DNA of 20,000 nt from an uncultured virus (IMG/VR IMGVR_UViG_3300031566_004355) (lineage: Duplodnaviria; Heunggongvirae; Uroviricota; Caudoviricetes), in the IMG/VR virus record IMGVR_UViG_3300031566_004355, one strand, 5' to 3'. Positions 7,917 to 16,656 of the stretch are shown piece after piece. How positions within the stretch are numbered: the stretch's first letter is position 1; each line of letters starts with the position of its first letter. The position numbers and the translations under genes were made by a program. The notes beneath the pieces were generated by a model. The model was not told where the DNA came from. It was given only the letters and a program-made list of their open reading frames with translations, and did not search any database.

Positions 7917-8183
7917 ATGACTGCAACGCATCCAAACCCTGAGTTTGTGGAGGGTCCGTTCTTCCTACTTGAGTCTACAGTGCATCCGCACATAGGCAAG
8001 CGTGTAGTCATTTGGGCGTCTGACGACTCCGCCGCACGTCAGGTATTTGGCTTCAAACTGGCTCTTCCTCTACCTTACCACATTCTCTCATACCTTGGAG
8101 GCCTCGACGACACTAAAAACTCCCTAAACCTGAGCCAAGCACAGCTCGCAGACCTTTATCGGGACGGATATGTAAGACTATGA
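7917..8183 (+). CDS. Hypothetical protein
   Basis: AAGGAG upstream; coupled to the helicase by ATGA. Confidence 0.7.
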   Translation: MTATHPNPEFVEGPFFLLESTVHPHIGKRVVIWASDDSAARQVFGFKLALPLPYHILSYLGGLDDTKNSLNLSQAQLADLYRDGYVRL

Positions 8184-9619
8184 ACTTCACTAAAGAGCTT
8201 TACCCATACCAACGTGTAGACGTGGACAAGATGAAGTCCCTTCCTAAGTGCTTGAACCGCAATCCTATGGGACTCGGAAAGACCATTGAGGCTCTAGCGC
8301 TTTGTCACGACCTCGACATGCAACACGTGCTCATCGTGTGCAAGAAGAGTCTAGTGGGTGAGTGGTTCTGGCAGACCGAGAGTGTGCTGGGAGAAGGTGC
8401 TCTGACTCCGCATGACAACGGACAATACGACCACAGACTCGCAGGTCTCGACCTGAAGGCTCCGAGGTTCGTAGCCGTGAACTACGACTTGATTGCAATA
8501 CCACAGTACCGAAGTATTTTAACCGCAGTACCTTGGGACTTGGTTATATTCGACGAGGCACATCGCCTCAAGAACTACAGCTCCAAGCGAACTCTCGGAG
8601 CCTATGCACTAACGTACCGAGTGCCGCGAGCTCTGTTTCTTACGGGAACACCAATCCGAAATACTCCCCTCGACCTGTTTCCCCTGTTCCACATGATGAA
8701 CCCTCGTGAGTATACCAGCTGGAAGCGCTGGCGAGACTGGTTCTGTGTCACAGAACGTGAGGAGATATGGCTCAAGAACCCTTACACGGGCAAACCCGCC
8801 CCACGATACATCACGAAAATACTACCCGGAACCAAGAACGAGGAGCAGCTAGCCCAGCTTCTCACCTTATACTCTGTTTACAACGAGAAGTCTGAGGTGA
8901 TGCCTCAACTACCCCCGAAGCAGTACCGTACTATCCCCGTCGAGCTCGGACCTGAGAAGAAGCAATATGAAACCATGCAGGAGGAGTACTTCGCACTTCT
9001 GGACAGCGGCGTCGAGATTACTGCACAGGTAGCAGTCGCACAAATGATGCGACTCCGTCAGATATGCCTCGACCCCAACACACTCCTGCCTGAGCCTCCG
9101 CGAAGTAGCACACCCTCGAACAAGACACTCGCACTGCTCGACGTCATCGACGAGACTGACGGCAAAATCGTCGTGTTTACTTTCTTCGAGAGATACGTGC
9201 AGATACTCACGCAAGAGTTCGACAAGGCGGGTATCAACTACAGAATTATTACTGGCAAGTCCAAGGGTGCACTCAAGGCTGAGCTGGACTTCCAGAACGA
9301 CCCTGCAGTTAAGGTCATACTCGGAACTATAGGAGCTATGGGAGAAGGGTTCACACTAACATCGGCAGATGTAGTAGTGTTTACTGACTCGTTCTGGACT
9401 CCCGCGGTCATTGAACAGTGTGAGGACCGCGTCCACGGAAGAGTGGACAAAGGTCTCGAGTCAATAAAGAACACTCTAGTCATAGACCTATTCTGTCCTG
9501 GTACTGTCGAAGAGCACGTACGCGCAGTCAAGGGAATCAAGGAACGAATGATTACCGAAATCGAATCCCTGGCTCGCGTAGTCGACCGAATGCGAAAAGC
9601 GAGCAGGAGGTTGAGATGA
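8180..9619 (+). CDS. SNF2-family (SF2) helicase/ATPase, 479 aa
   Basis: LYPYQ, PMGLGKT (Walker A), DEAH, LTGTPIRN, LRQIC, KIVVF, GEGFTLTSADVVVF, WTPA..EQCEDRVH. Confidence 0.93.
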   Translation: MNFTKELYPYQRVDVDKMKSLPKCLNRNPMGLGKTIEALALCHDLDMQHVLIVCKKSLVGEWFWQTESVLGEGALTPHDNGQYDHRLAGLDLKAPRFVAVNYDLIAIPQYRSILTAVPWDLVIFDEAHRLKNYSSKRTLGAYALTYRVPRALFLTGTPIRNTPLDLFPLFHMMNPREYTSWKRWRDWFCVTEREEIWLKNPYTGKPAPRYITKILPGTKNEEQLAQLLTLYSVYNEKSEVMPQLPPKQYRTIPVELGPEKKQYETMQEEYFALLDSGVEITAQVAVAQMMRLRQICLDPNTLLPEPPRSSTPSNKTLALLDVIDETDGKIVVFTFFERYVQILTQEFDKAGINYRIITGKSKGALKAELDFQNDPAVKVILGTIGAMGEGFTLTSADVVVFTDSFWTPAVIEQCEDRVHGRVDKGLESIKNTLVIDLFCPGTVEEHVRAVKGIKERMITEIESLARVVDRMRKASRRLR

Positions 9620-9825
9620 CAGCACACTCACAAATGCCTCATCCAGGTACGTCCGCGTATCGACAATACGGCGACTGGCTAATCAAGCACGTTGAGACAT
9701 ACACTGGACCCCTCTACGACCTCGGCAACCTGAGTAATCCGACACTCGAGAAGCTGTACGAACAAATAGTGGGCAAGAATCCCTGGCTACAGTACCGACT
9801 AGAACACCCTAAAGGAGGTGACTAA
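9616..9825 (+). CDS. Hypothetical protein
   Basis: AGGAGGT RBS and ATGA overlap. Confidence 0.75.
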   Translation: MTAHSQMPHPGTSAYRQYGDWLIKHVETYTGPLYDLGNLSNPTLEKLYEQIVGKNPWLQYRLEHPKGGD

Positions 9826-9829
9826 CAGT

Positions 9830-10516
9830 ATGAAATCGAAGTATCACCATCAACCCTCAGCAATTGAAAGGTCTAGGCGCCGCAAGTACCGACTACCTGC
9901 ATCTCAGGTCAACCCTTTCAAGGTTGAACTCCTTACTGACCGCTTAGGGAACATTGACATGTTCCAGGCAGCAGCTCGAGGCCTAGTACCTCGTCACAAA
10001 TTTCTCGGGCGCACTGACATGTGCATAGTCAAGTACGACGGCCCTCTAGGTGAGTTTCGGTGGTTCGTGGACCCCGTTGAACGGGGGATTGAGCTCCATA
10101 GTGATAGCTCTCCCCAACCTCCCGAGCACCTTACGGCGACCGCAACGAAATACTTCATGTCCACTAGCTACCCCAAACAGATGGTCGGGTGGTATCGTCA
10201 AATTCAAGATGCCGAGAAGCAAGCCTACGCAGGACTGAAATGGGAGACGTGTTCCATCTGCGGGCACGAGTTTCTAAAGGGCACCAAACACGAGCACTTT
10301 GCCAATGAGAGTGGCGTGTGGCCATATCAAGGCACTGAGGAAGTGGCGGCCATTGAAGTGCTGGGCCTGAAACCGAATTGGGGAGCCGGCTATGGTCGAA
10401 AGCGCACCCCAACCTTAGAGAGTGCGGGATTCAGTCCGGAGTGGATGGAGCGCATGGCTGATGACGAGGAGTTCCGCAAGCGCGCCCTAAAGGCTAGGCA
10501 CTATCCGTATCTGTGA
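9830..10516 (+). CDS. Hypothetical protein with a CxxC...H.H motif
   Basis: AAAGGAGGT at 9811-9819 fits the ATG at 9830; CSICGHEF....KHEH. Confidence 0.75.
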   Translation: MKSKYHHQPSAIERSRRRKYRLPASQVNPFKVELLTDRLGNIDMFQAAARGLVPRHKFLGRTDMCIVKYDGPLGEFRWFVDPVERGIELHSDSSPQPPEHLTATATKYFMSTSYPKQMVGWYRQIQDAEKQAYAGLKWETCSICGHEFLKGTKHEHFANESGVWPYQGTEEVAAIEVLGLKPNWGAGYGRKRTPTLESAGFSPEWMERMADDEEFRKRALKARHYPYL

Positions 10517-10524
10517 GGTAAGAT

Positions 10525-11031
10525 ATGAAGACACTAACACGAGTAATGGATTGGGACAAGCTAATCTTCGGTCACTACAACATTGACCAGATTCAGCAAG
10601 CTGTAGCCGACCCAAAGTGGCAGGAGTATCGAACAGAAGCGATAGGTACGTCACTAGAGAGCAAGTACATAGCCCTTCAAGACTGGTTGGAAGATAACAA
10701 TCACTCCGAGCGGGCTAAAATTCAGGTTACTAACTACGTCAACGCACTAAAACGAGGAGGACCCAGCACAGAAGACGTGAAGGAGGTACTAGCAATGTTT
10801 ACATTACAGCACTCTATTCTAGAAGCACTATCCGAAACAATGGATATGATAGAACGTGGCGAGAAGACCTCCGACATCGTTAGTGCACTAGACCGCGACC
10901 ACTCCATTCCACCCACTGACGGCAGGCAACTGGTCACATTCGCATATCACTTGCGCGACAAGCTCCGCGCCTACGACAAGTCTTGGAGCCAACCCAAGGA
11001 CGTGAGAACAAGCCTGCTGGAGGGACGTTAG
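10525..11031 (+). CDS. Hypothetical phage-type protein
   Basis: GAGGT RBS. WQ.YR....G.S...K...L..W...QVTNYVNALKRGG resembles uncharacterised phage proteins from memory (not verified). Confidence 0.75.
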   Translation: MKTLTRVMDWDKLIFGHYNIDQIQQAVADPKWQEYRTEAIGTSLESKYIALQDWLEDNNHSERAKIQVTNYVNALKRGGPSTEDVKEVLAMFTLQHSILEALSETMDMIERGEKTSDIVSALDRDHSIPPTDGRQLVTFAYHLRDKLRAYDKSWSQPKDVRTSLLEGR

Positions 11032-11060
11032 CTGAGAAACAGAACAAGGAGGTACTAGTA

Positions 11061-11297
11061 ATGTTATCAGTAACTGAAGAAGGACAACACACATCCGAGG
11101 AACTCTGGCACAAGCCTCGCAAGGACGAGAAGGAAATGGCCTTCCTAGCGGCTGTAGACATCATCGACGAGTATCCAGTATCAGATGCCTACGCCCTGGC
11201 GAACCAGCTACCGTTTGTGCACGGCATTGAGGCAAAGACCCGCATAGTGCGCCAGTGGATGGAAGAAGGCCTGATTACTCAAGGACAGCGATTCTAA
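11061..11297 (+). CDS. Hypothetical protein, 78 aa
   Basis: AAGGAGGT RBS before ATG at 11061. Confidence 0.75.
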   Translation: MLSVTEEGQHTSEELWHKPRKDEKEMAFLAAVDIIDEYPVSDAYALANQLPFVHGIEAKTRIVRQWMEEGLITQGQRF

Positions 11298-11298
11298 T

Positions 11299-11676
11299 AT
11301 GATACAAGCGCCAGCTACAACAGAAGAGTTCGTGATTCGCTTGCATAAGGCGAAACGCGCAGGCACTCACCACGACCTACACTTGAACGGCGAGACCTGG
11401 GCAGTGCCCAGGTTCGTTCCGAAGTCTGTAGGACCGAGGGTGCTGGCAATCAAGACTACTTACCACGGCCCAGAAGAGCGCCGATTCGCGGGCACAATAC
11501 CAGATGGCCAATACGGTGCGGGCACGAGTGAAGTAGTTGAAGAGGGCGAGCTGCAGATTATCGAGAGAACATCCAAGACCATTCTGTTCAAGCTCCTTGG
11601 GGGAATCTTCCGAGGAAACTACTACCTACGCCACTGGACCGGAAACCGTTGGCTGCTATGGAAAACAGCCCGATGA
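11299..11676 (+). CDS. Stand-alone LigD-type 3'-phosphoesterase (PE) domain protein
   Basis: FVIRLHKAKRAGTHHDLHL, WAVPR, LAI.T..H, F.G.IPDGQYGAG, G.Y.L, WLLWK match the LigD PE domain. Confidence 0.88.
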   Translation: MIQAPATTEEFVIRLHKAKRAGTHHDLHLNGETWAVPRFVPKSVGPRVLAIKTTYHGPEERRFAGTIPDGQYGAGTSEVVEEGELQIIERTSKTILFKLLGGIFRGNYYLRHWTGNRWLLWKTAR

Positions 11677-11709
11677 GGGAAAGTGAGAGTATTAAGGAGG
11701 TAAGTAACA

Positions 11710-12138
11710 ATGGCAAAGAGAACAATTCGCTGTCCGCAGTGCGGACAAGAACACTTCGAGGACAGTGAGGTCCTAGTCGAACACCAACGACTGTTCGCCA
11801 GCGACCCGCGAGCCTACGGCAAGCCCGTAGAGAAACCCGAGGCCAAGCAGGCAAAGTTCCTTAAGGACGTGCCTGTAAAGGTCTCGTTCAGCGCTAAGCC
11901 TGTAAATCGTCGAGAACCCAACGACGAACCCGCTGACAGTGAGTTCCACATCGTCTACATCGACTTCCTCGAAGGTCAAGGTCCCTCCGACGCCGGTGAG
12001 GCATACCCTCAAGAGCATGGGGGGTTCGACGTCGAGGTGTACGTATCGCGAAGCGCTCAGCCGTACGCGTTCCAGATTCTAAACGCAGCTGTCAGGTTCT
12101 TCAAGACAAACAACGTCAGCATAGAGTATACGGACTAG
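11710..12138 (+). CDS. Hypothetical protein with N-terminal Zn-finger-like motif
   Basis: AAGGAGGT RBS; CPQCG..HF.....L.EHQ. Confidence 0.78.
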   Translation: MAKRTIRCPQCGQEHFEDSEVLVEHQRLFASDPRAYGKPVEKPEAKQAKFLKDVPVKVSFSAKPVNRREPNDEPADSEFHIVYIDFLEGQGPSDAGEAYPQEHGGFDVEVYVSRSAQPYAFQILNAAVRFFKTNNVSIEYTD

Positions 12139-12142
12139 CACT

Positions 12143-12319
12143 ATGAGGGTCATCCAAAACGTCTGTCCCTCGTGCGGCGCTACAACGAGACAGGAGCACG
12201 ACGTCAAAAATGTGCGCGGATACGATGAGACGATAACCCACAACAGATGTCCGAAGTGTAAGGAGAACATCACTGCGGAAGAGCAACTGTTAGACGCAAT
12301 CTTCGGAAAAGGAGGTTAG
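12143..12319 (+). CDS. Zn-ribbon protein, 58 aa (not in ORF track)
   Basis: MRVIQNVCPSCGATTRQEHDVKNVRGYDETITHNRCPKCKENITAEEQLLDAIFGKGG*; two CxxC pairs; fills the gap between neighbouring genes. Confidence 0.75.
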   Translation: MRVIQNVCPSCGATTRQEHDVKNVRGYDETITHNRCPKCKENITAEEQLLDAIFGKGG

Positions 12320-12323
12320 GGAT

Positions 12324-12590
12324 ATGACAGAGCAGTTTCCTACACCCAGCAACCAAAACAGGTATGTGGCTGGACCATATGTTGAGTGGTTCCTCAACGG
12401 CCGGTGGGTAAAGTTCAGGATACTTGGTGACGCAAACATCAATCCCGATGACGACAACTTAAACCTAATCGGACACGTCATACACGAAGACCATCTCGAA
12501 GAACTCTATCAACAGGGCGACCAGTTCTTTAGACACGCAGGCGGAGGTCGCGGGTTCTACTGGGCTCAGGAACTCGAGGTAATAGCCTAA
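12324..12590 (+). CDS. Hypothetical protein
   Basis: AAAGGAGGT RBS. Confidence 0.78.
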   Translation: MTEQFPTPSNQNRYVAGPYVEWFLNGRWVKFRILGDANINPDDDNLNLIGHVIHEDHLEELYQQGDQFFRHAGGGRGFYWAQELEVIA

Positions 12591-12603
12591 GGAGGCTAGG
12601 TAC

Positions 12604-12888
12604 ATGTGGACAATAAGTAAAACGTACACCTTCGTCCCGAGTGGAGACGCCAACGAATTACACATCAAAATAGTTGAACGCGCACCCTTAGACGAAGCCA
12701 TTGCTTGGTATGAAAACATTTACAGCAGACCGTTCGACCTGGATGCAAGCACGGCATACAGAGCAGTAGTAGTCAAGGGAGGGTATGACGCTGACCTTCG
12801 ACACAAGAGAGGCGACGTCTACTATTTATTCAACGACGACTTCGGACCTTCACACTCACAGCCTGAAGGCCCCCAGGTAGTACTATAA
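12604..12888 (+). CDS. Hypothetical protein
   Basis: AAGGAGG RBS. Confidence 0.78.
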   Translation: MWTISKTYTFVPSGDANELHIKIVERAPLDEAIAWYENIYSRPFDLDASTAYRAVVVKGGYDADLRHKRGDVYYLFNDDFGPSHSQPEGPQVVL

Positions 12889-12901
12889 GGAGGTTAGTAA
12901 T

Positions 12902-13660
12902 ATGTCAAGCGAAAGCATTTATCCTCTAACGAGACGCCTACAATCGGAGGTCAACAGCGTGCTAGACATGCCTGACAACTTCCAAGGCAGAGAAATCCAG
13001 GCTACACTCAAGGCACCTACCGAGGAGTCCCTCGAGAACATGCTCTCGGAGCTGGAAGACTACGCTCACGAGGTAGAGCTGGACGAGATTCAAGTCCTCA
13101 AGAAGGGTAGAGACCAAGACGGAGGCTGGGAAGCAATAGTAGTCGCACACAACTTCAACCCGTTCACCTGGCTCCAGGAGAAATGGGAGGCTCGAGGTGG
13201 AGGCCCCGCGGCGCGTAGAGAACGCGAGGAAAAGGCGCGCAAGAGGCGACTCGAGAAACTCCAACAGCAGGTCGCGACATCCAGGATGCGCGCCACCCAA
13301 GAGCAAGCACGCTCATCTGCGGAGGCATCGAGAGCCCAATATGCTCAGGTCGAGGCGACCGCGCAAGCACGGATACGAAAGTCGACACAAACACGTCGCC
13401 AAGCCGAACGTCAGCGATTCGCGACTGCACACGCACAACGCCTCGAGACCTTTGAGGAAGGTATTCGTCGAGTCGGCGGATTTGCAGGAGCACAAGCCGC
13501 GGTCGCTCGAACCGCTCTGTATACGCCCGTAGGACTCGCAGAGGGTGCATCTCAAATGTACGGCGCGTCTAAGACCGACAGGCCCTATGGCTTGCCGAGA
13601 CTCCGTGGAAAGCCCCAGAAGCCCTTGAACAAAGCAATCTTCGATACAACCCTACCCTAA
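12902..13660 (+). CDS. Two-part protein: acidic N-terminal domain plus basic Ala/Arg/Gln-rich coiled coil
   Basis: AAGGAGGT RBS; charge switches near HNFNPFTWL; ends LNKAIFDTTLP. Confidence 0.82.
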   Translation: MSSESIYPLTRRLQSEVNSVLDMPDNFQGREIQATLKAPTEESLENMLSELEDYAHEVELDEIQVLKKGRDQDGGWEAIVVAHNFNPFTWLQEKWEARGGGPAARREREEKARKRRLEKLQQQVATSRMRATQEQARSSAEASRAQYAQVEATAQARIRKSTQTRRQAERQRFATAHAQRLETFEEGIRRVGGFAGAQAAVARTALYTPVGLAEGASQMYGASKTDRPYGLPRLRGKPQKPLNKAIFDTTLP

Positions 13661-13670
13661 GGAGTAACTC

Positions 13671-14213
13671 GTGACAAAGACCATAGTTGCGGCAGCTCCC
13701 GACCCTGAAGGACGAAAGTGCACGAAGCACAACATACTACTCAAGCATAGCGAGACGGAGAAGGTATGGTACTGCCCTGAGTGCCTCCGAAATGCCCACA
13801 ACTCCTGGAAAGCCCAACAAGAGGCAGTAAGACGCTACCGAAACTCCGACAAGGGTAAGGAGGCTCAGGACCGCTACGAAAACTCGGATAAGGGTCAGGC
13901 CGCGCGCAACCGATACCTCAAGTCCTCCAAATATAAACAGCGTCGGAAGGAGTACAACCAACGACTTCAGGAGTCCTTGCAAATAGCCCGCGAGGCAAAA
14001 AAGGCCGCACCACGAGTGCACAAGGTACTCAAGGCACTACCACCTAACTTGCCACCCTTAGTAACTGACATCTTAGAGTATCAAGACTTGATAGGTAGGA
14101 GTCCCTCAACTGCAGACGTAAAGGAGTGGTCGGTCGACTTGTACAAGAAGCACATAACAACGGAACAAGCCCGGAAGCTAATCAAGCAAGCGGAGGGACT
14201 GACTTCGGGCTGA
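13671..14213 (+). CDS. Putative DNA-binding protein: Zn motif, 13-aa RYxNSDKG repeats and C-terminal wHTH-like region
   Basis: AAGGAG plus GTG start; CTKH...YCPEC; RYRNSDKGKEAQD-RYENSDKGQAARN-RYLKS; ILEY...IGRSPSTADV resembles LexA-type wHTH. Confidence 0.75.
   Translation: MTKTIVAAAPDPEGRKCTKHNILLKHSETEKVWYCPECLRNAHNSWKAQQEAVRRYRNSDKGKEAQDRYENSDKGQAARNRYLKSSKYKQRRKEYNQRLQESLQIAREAKKAAPRVHKVLKALPPNLPPLVTDILEYQDLIGRSPSTADVKEWSVDLYKKHITTEQARKLIKQAEGLTSG
13833..13918 (+). repeat. 39-bp-period imperfect coding tandem repeat
   Basis: CGCTAC at 13833 and 13872, CGATAC at 13911; first two units share AACTC.GA.AAGGGT.AGG. Confidence 0.75.
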
Positions 14214-14226
14214 GGAGACAAATAAC

Positions 14227-14496
14227 ATGACGGCACTTAACGAAGCACAGACTCAAGAAATGACAGAGCTACTATCCAACTACATAGGAGAGTCCGAGGT
14301 CAGCATTCAAGACCTCCTTGGGATAATGGAAAACGCCGACGTAACACGCGCTCAGTTCGTCAACCTACTTCACAAGGTAAAAGCGAACCTCGAAGACGTC
14401 GCCAAAGATGCGTGGGACGACCCCGAAACAGTAGCATTCTACAACGCTCGGATAGACATAGCACGTCGCCTAATCAGTCAACTAGGAGGTGAATGA
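14227..14496 (+). CDS. Hypothetical small helical protein
   Basis: GAGGAG RBS. Confidence 0.78.
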   Translation: MTALNEAQTQEMTELLSNYIGESEVSIQDLLGIMENADVTRAQFVNLLHKVKANLEDVAKDAWDDPETVAFYNARIDIARRLISQLGGE

Positions 14497-14741
14497 TGAA
14501 CTTGACGTCACAACAAAAACTCCAGAAGCTCACACTCTACGCCACAGCCATAACGCGTCTCAAAGACCCTGAAGAGGTCGCTTTAGGGGGCCAGAGTGTA
14601 CTCAAACTCGCTGCAACGGCCCGACGCCTCAAGAAGGAGTTGCTCGATGCCGGCATAAGTGAAGAGCTCCTCAGTTTCTCGGAAGAGGACATAAATCAAA
14701 CAATCTTCGAGACGCTTCGGAGTCACGGATACGCAACATAA
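14493..14741 (+). CDS. Hypothetical small helical protein
   Basis: AGGAGGTG RBS; start at 14493 or 14496. Confidence 0.78.
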   Translation: MMNLTSQQKLQKLTLYATAITRLKDPEEVALGGQSVLKLAATARRLKKELLDAGISEELLSFSEEDINQTIFETLRSHGYAT

Positions 14742-14754
14742 GGAGGTATATACT

Positions 14755-14994
14755 ATGCCACTATCACCCGAAGCAGTAAGTGTACTCAAGGACTTCTTCG
14801 AAGAGGAACCCGGCGACTCCGTTGTAGAGTGGCTTATCGACAACAACATCGCCGACCCGAAGGCTCTGAAGGCGCACCTACTCAAGATGGCCCAGGATAA
14901 CCGTAACGAAGCTGCGCGCAGTCAAGATACAGAGGAACGCGCATGGCTCCTAAGTGAAGCTGAGAGGTACACAAAAGCCGCTAACACCTTGTAG
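14755..14994 (+). CDS. Hypothetical helical protein, paralog of 15006..15212
   Basis: AAGGAGGT RBS; ADPKALKAHLLKMAQD. Confidence 0.8.
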   Translation: MPLSPEAVSVLKDFFEEEPGDSVVEWLIDNNIADPKALKAHLLKMAQDNRNEAARSQDTEERAWLLSEAERYTKAANTL

Positions 14995-15005
14995 GAGGTA
15001 ACGAC

Positions 15006-15212
15006 ATGACACTAACAGCCGATGAACACGTCGACCTAGTAGGCCTCATCGAACAAGCTTGGGGAGGCCATAACGAGACTCTTACGAGCCTGCTCTTAGA
15101 GAGCGCAGACCCCAAGAAGCTCAGACGGCTACTACTCGACCGAGCTCGCGACCTCGTTCCTATCGACCCCGAGACAGCTAACAAGCTAAAAGCATTCGCA
15201 GCAAAGTTGTAG
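15006..15212 (+). CDS. Hypothetical helical protein, paralog of 14755..14994
   Basis: AGGAGGT RBS; ADPKKLRRLLLDRARD. Confidence 0.8.
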   Translation: MTLTADEHVDLVGLIEQAWGGHNETLTSLLLESADPKKLRRLLLDRARDLVPIDPETANKLKAFAAKL

Positions 15213-15218
15213 GACAAC

Positions 15219-15479
15219 ATGACGACGTACGTCATAGAGAGTGAGAAGCACGGAGTCTATACCGGAATAGACTGGTCACAATCTGGCAACTCCTACGGAC
15301 CTCGATTCAGTTGGACAATAGCGCGAAGTGCCGGCCATCCATTCTTCACCCTCGAGGAAGTCAAGGGGGCCATTAAACGGATTAAGGCCTTTCAACACTA
15401 CGCCTGGAAGCGCCCCTCTTGGATAGACGATATCTACATAGTCAAACTAAACGGAGGCGTGGTAATAGTACCGACGTAG
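15219..15479 (+). CDS. Hypothetical protein
   Basis: AGGA RBS; YVI...Y...WT...F.TLEE pattern of small phage proteins. Confidence 0.72.
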   Translation: MTTYVIESEKHGVYTGIDWSQSGNSYGPRFSWTIARSAGHPFFTLEEVKGAIKRIKAFQHYAWKRPSWIDDIYIVKLNGGVVIVPT

Positions 15480-15483
15480 TACA

Positions 15484-15924
15484 ATGGCAGACAAAATAGC
15501 GTACCGAAAAGCCTACAACGCGCTCAAGACGCAGCAACGCCAAGAGCAGTCCGAAACTCTTCGACGCTTTGCTGAAGCCCACCCAGAGCGTTACGCCGAG
15601 CTCATGACTCAGGCTCAGCATGAGGTAGAAGGGGAACTTACATCACCCCAAAAGTCTGTGGGCCACTCCATTGGAGAGCTAATTGACGCCTCACGACTCC
15701 GCGAGACAGCTGAACGCTTCGACGCTCTCGTCCGCGAAGGTCACAAAGGGATGCGCGACTACATCATTCGAGCCAAAGACAACTGGGGAGATGAACACAC
15801 CCTTTTTCTAGGGTTCCCAATCCCCCACGTTCCACAACCCAACGAGAAAATAAAGACACCCATCAAAGGTACGGAGTACACAGTCATCGACGCAACTCCT
15901 TGTACCTGTCCACTATGCAGATAA
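15484..15924 (+). CDS. Hypothetical protein; N-terminal helix homologous to 19484..19762
   Basis: 16/44 gapless identities with 19484..19762; C-terminal CTCPLC. Confidence 0.78.
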   Translation: MADKIAYRKAYNALKTQQRQEQSETLRRFAEAHPERYAELMTQAQHEVEGELTSPQKSVGHSIGELIDASRLRETAERFDALVREGHKGMRDYIIRAKDNWGDEHTLFLGFPIPHVPQPNEKIKTPIKGTEYTVIDATPCTCPLCR

Positions 15925-15964
15925 GGAGGCAACGCCGTACACTTGCCCACTGCACTAATAATCT

Positions 15965-16018
15965 CTATCATGATGTGCTTGCGACTTTGTGAATGTCCAG
16001 TGTATAATTGGGTATACT
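15965..16018 (+). promoter_or_regulatory. Promoter P2 (same conserved motif)
   Basis: CTATCATGATGTGC-TTGCGA (15979-15984), 18 bp spacer, TATAAT (16003-16008), then TGGGTATACT; lies in an intergenic gap. Confidence 0.85.
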
Positions 16019-16036
16019 CAAAACAAGGGGGTTTGC

Positions 16037-16294
16037 ATGTCAATAGAGTACGTCAACCACACGACAAATTTCAAGTGGCATCTAGCCCACAGCATCCGCG
16101 AGACAATTCACGGAATGGACAGCTTGGCCAAGGAGAACGCACTTCTCCATATCAGGTCTAGGCTGCTCCAAGACGAGATTCCAAACCCCGAAATCCTCAA
16201 GTACGTCACTGCGCTATTGCACGGTAAGACGCCTTGTGGGATTTGCTGCCCAAGACCAAAAGGAGGTGGGTCATGCCCGACCCTCAACAAGTAG
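16037..16294 (+). CDS. Hypothetical protein, 85 aa
   Basis: AAGGGGGT RBS before ATG at 16037; first gene after P2. Confidence 0.72.
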   Translation: MSIEYVNHTTNFKWHLAHSIRETIHGMDSLAKENALLHIRSRLLQDEIPNPEILKYVTALLHGKTPCGICCPRPKGGGSCPTLNK

Positions 16295-16389
16295 CACTGC
16301 AAGTCGAGCTCTTCCTTATCCTACACATTGGAGAGCTCGCCCAGGAAATTGAGGTATCCGACGGGTACAGCCTGGAACACCAAAACTAG
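16273..16389 (+). CDS. Small protein, 38 aa (not in ORF track)
   Basis: AAAGGAGGT RBS; MPDPQQVALQVELFLILHIGELAQEIEVSDGYSLEHQN*; stop abuts the next RBS. Confidence 0.6.
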   Translation: MPDPQQVALQVELFLILHIGELAQEIEVSDGYSLEHQN

Positions 16390-16403
16390 AAAGGAGGCAA
16401 GCC

Positions 16404-16640
16404 ATGCAAAGAGAGTACGACACGGTCGACACCGCTGAGAAAGTTCTCGAGCGCACCTGGGAAGGTAAGATGGTATCCCTCCAAAGGGCTCCGAGCCCTT
16501 CAGGCGAGGTAGTCACGACAAGAGTGCAGAACTTTGCCTGCCCAGCTTGCACCGAGACACTCCCAGAAGCGGTCGCAGTCAACGGACGGGTCCGAGGATG
16601 GTGTGGTAACAAGCACGTCCTCGTGAACGTCATAATCTGA
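16404..16640 (+). CDS. Hypothetical Zn-binding protein
   Basis: AAAGGAGG RBS; CPAC...GWCGNKH. Confidence 0.78.
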   Translation: MQREYDTVDTAEKVLERTWEGKMVSLQRAPSPSGEVVTTRVQNFACPACTETLPEAVAVNGRVRGWCGNKHVLVNVII

Positions 16641-16656
16641 AAGAAAGGAGGACAAG

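Noticed and set aside
15943..16161. 72-aa TTG ORF after an AAGGAGG
   Set aside because: SD spacing is long, and the ORF crosses P2 and overlaps the better-supported 16037 gene.
16295..16385. Apparent structured RNA (CGAGCTC...GAGCTCG and CCAGG...CCTGG stems)
   Set aside because: The region is covered by the RBS-led 38-aa ORF 16273..16389. The stems are short and partly arise from repeated GAG-CTC codons; no known RNA motif recognised.
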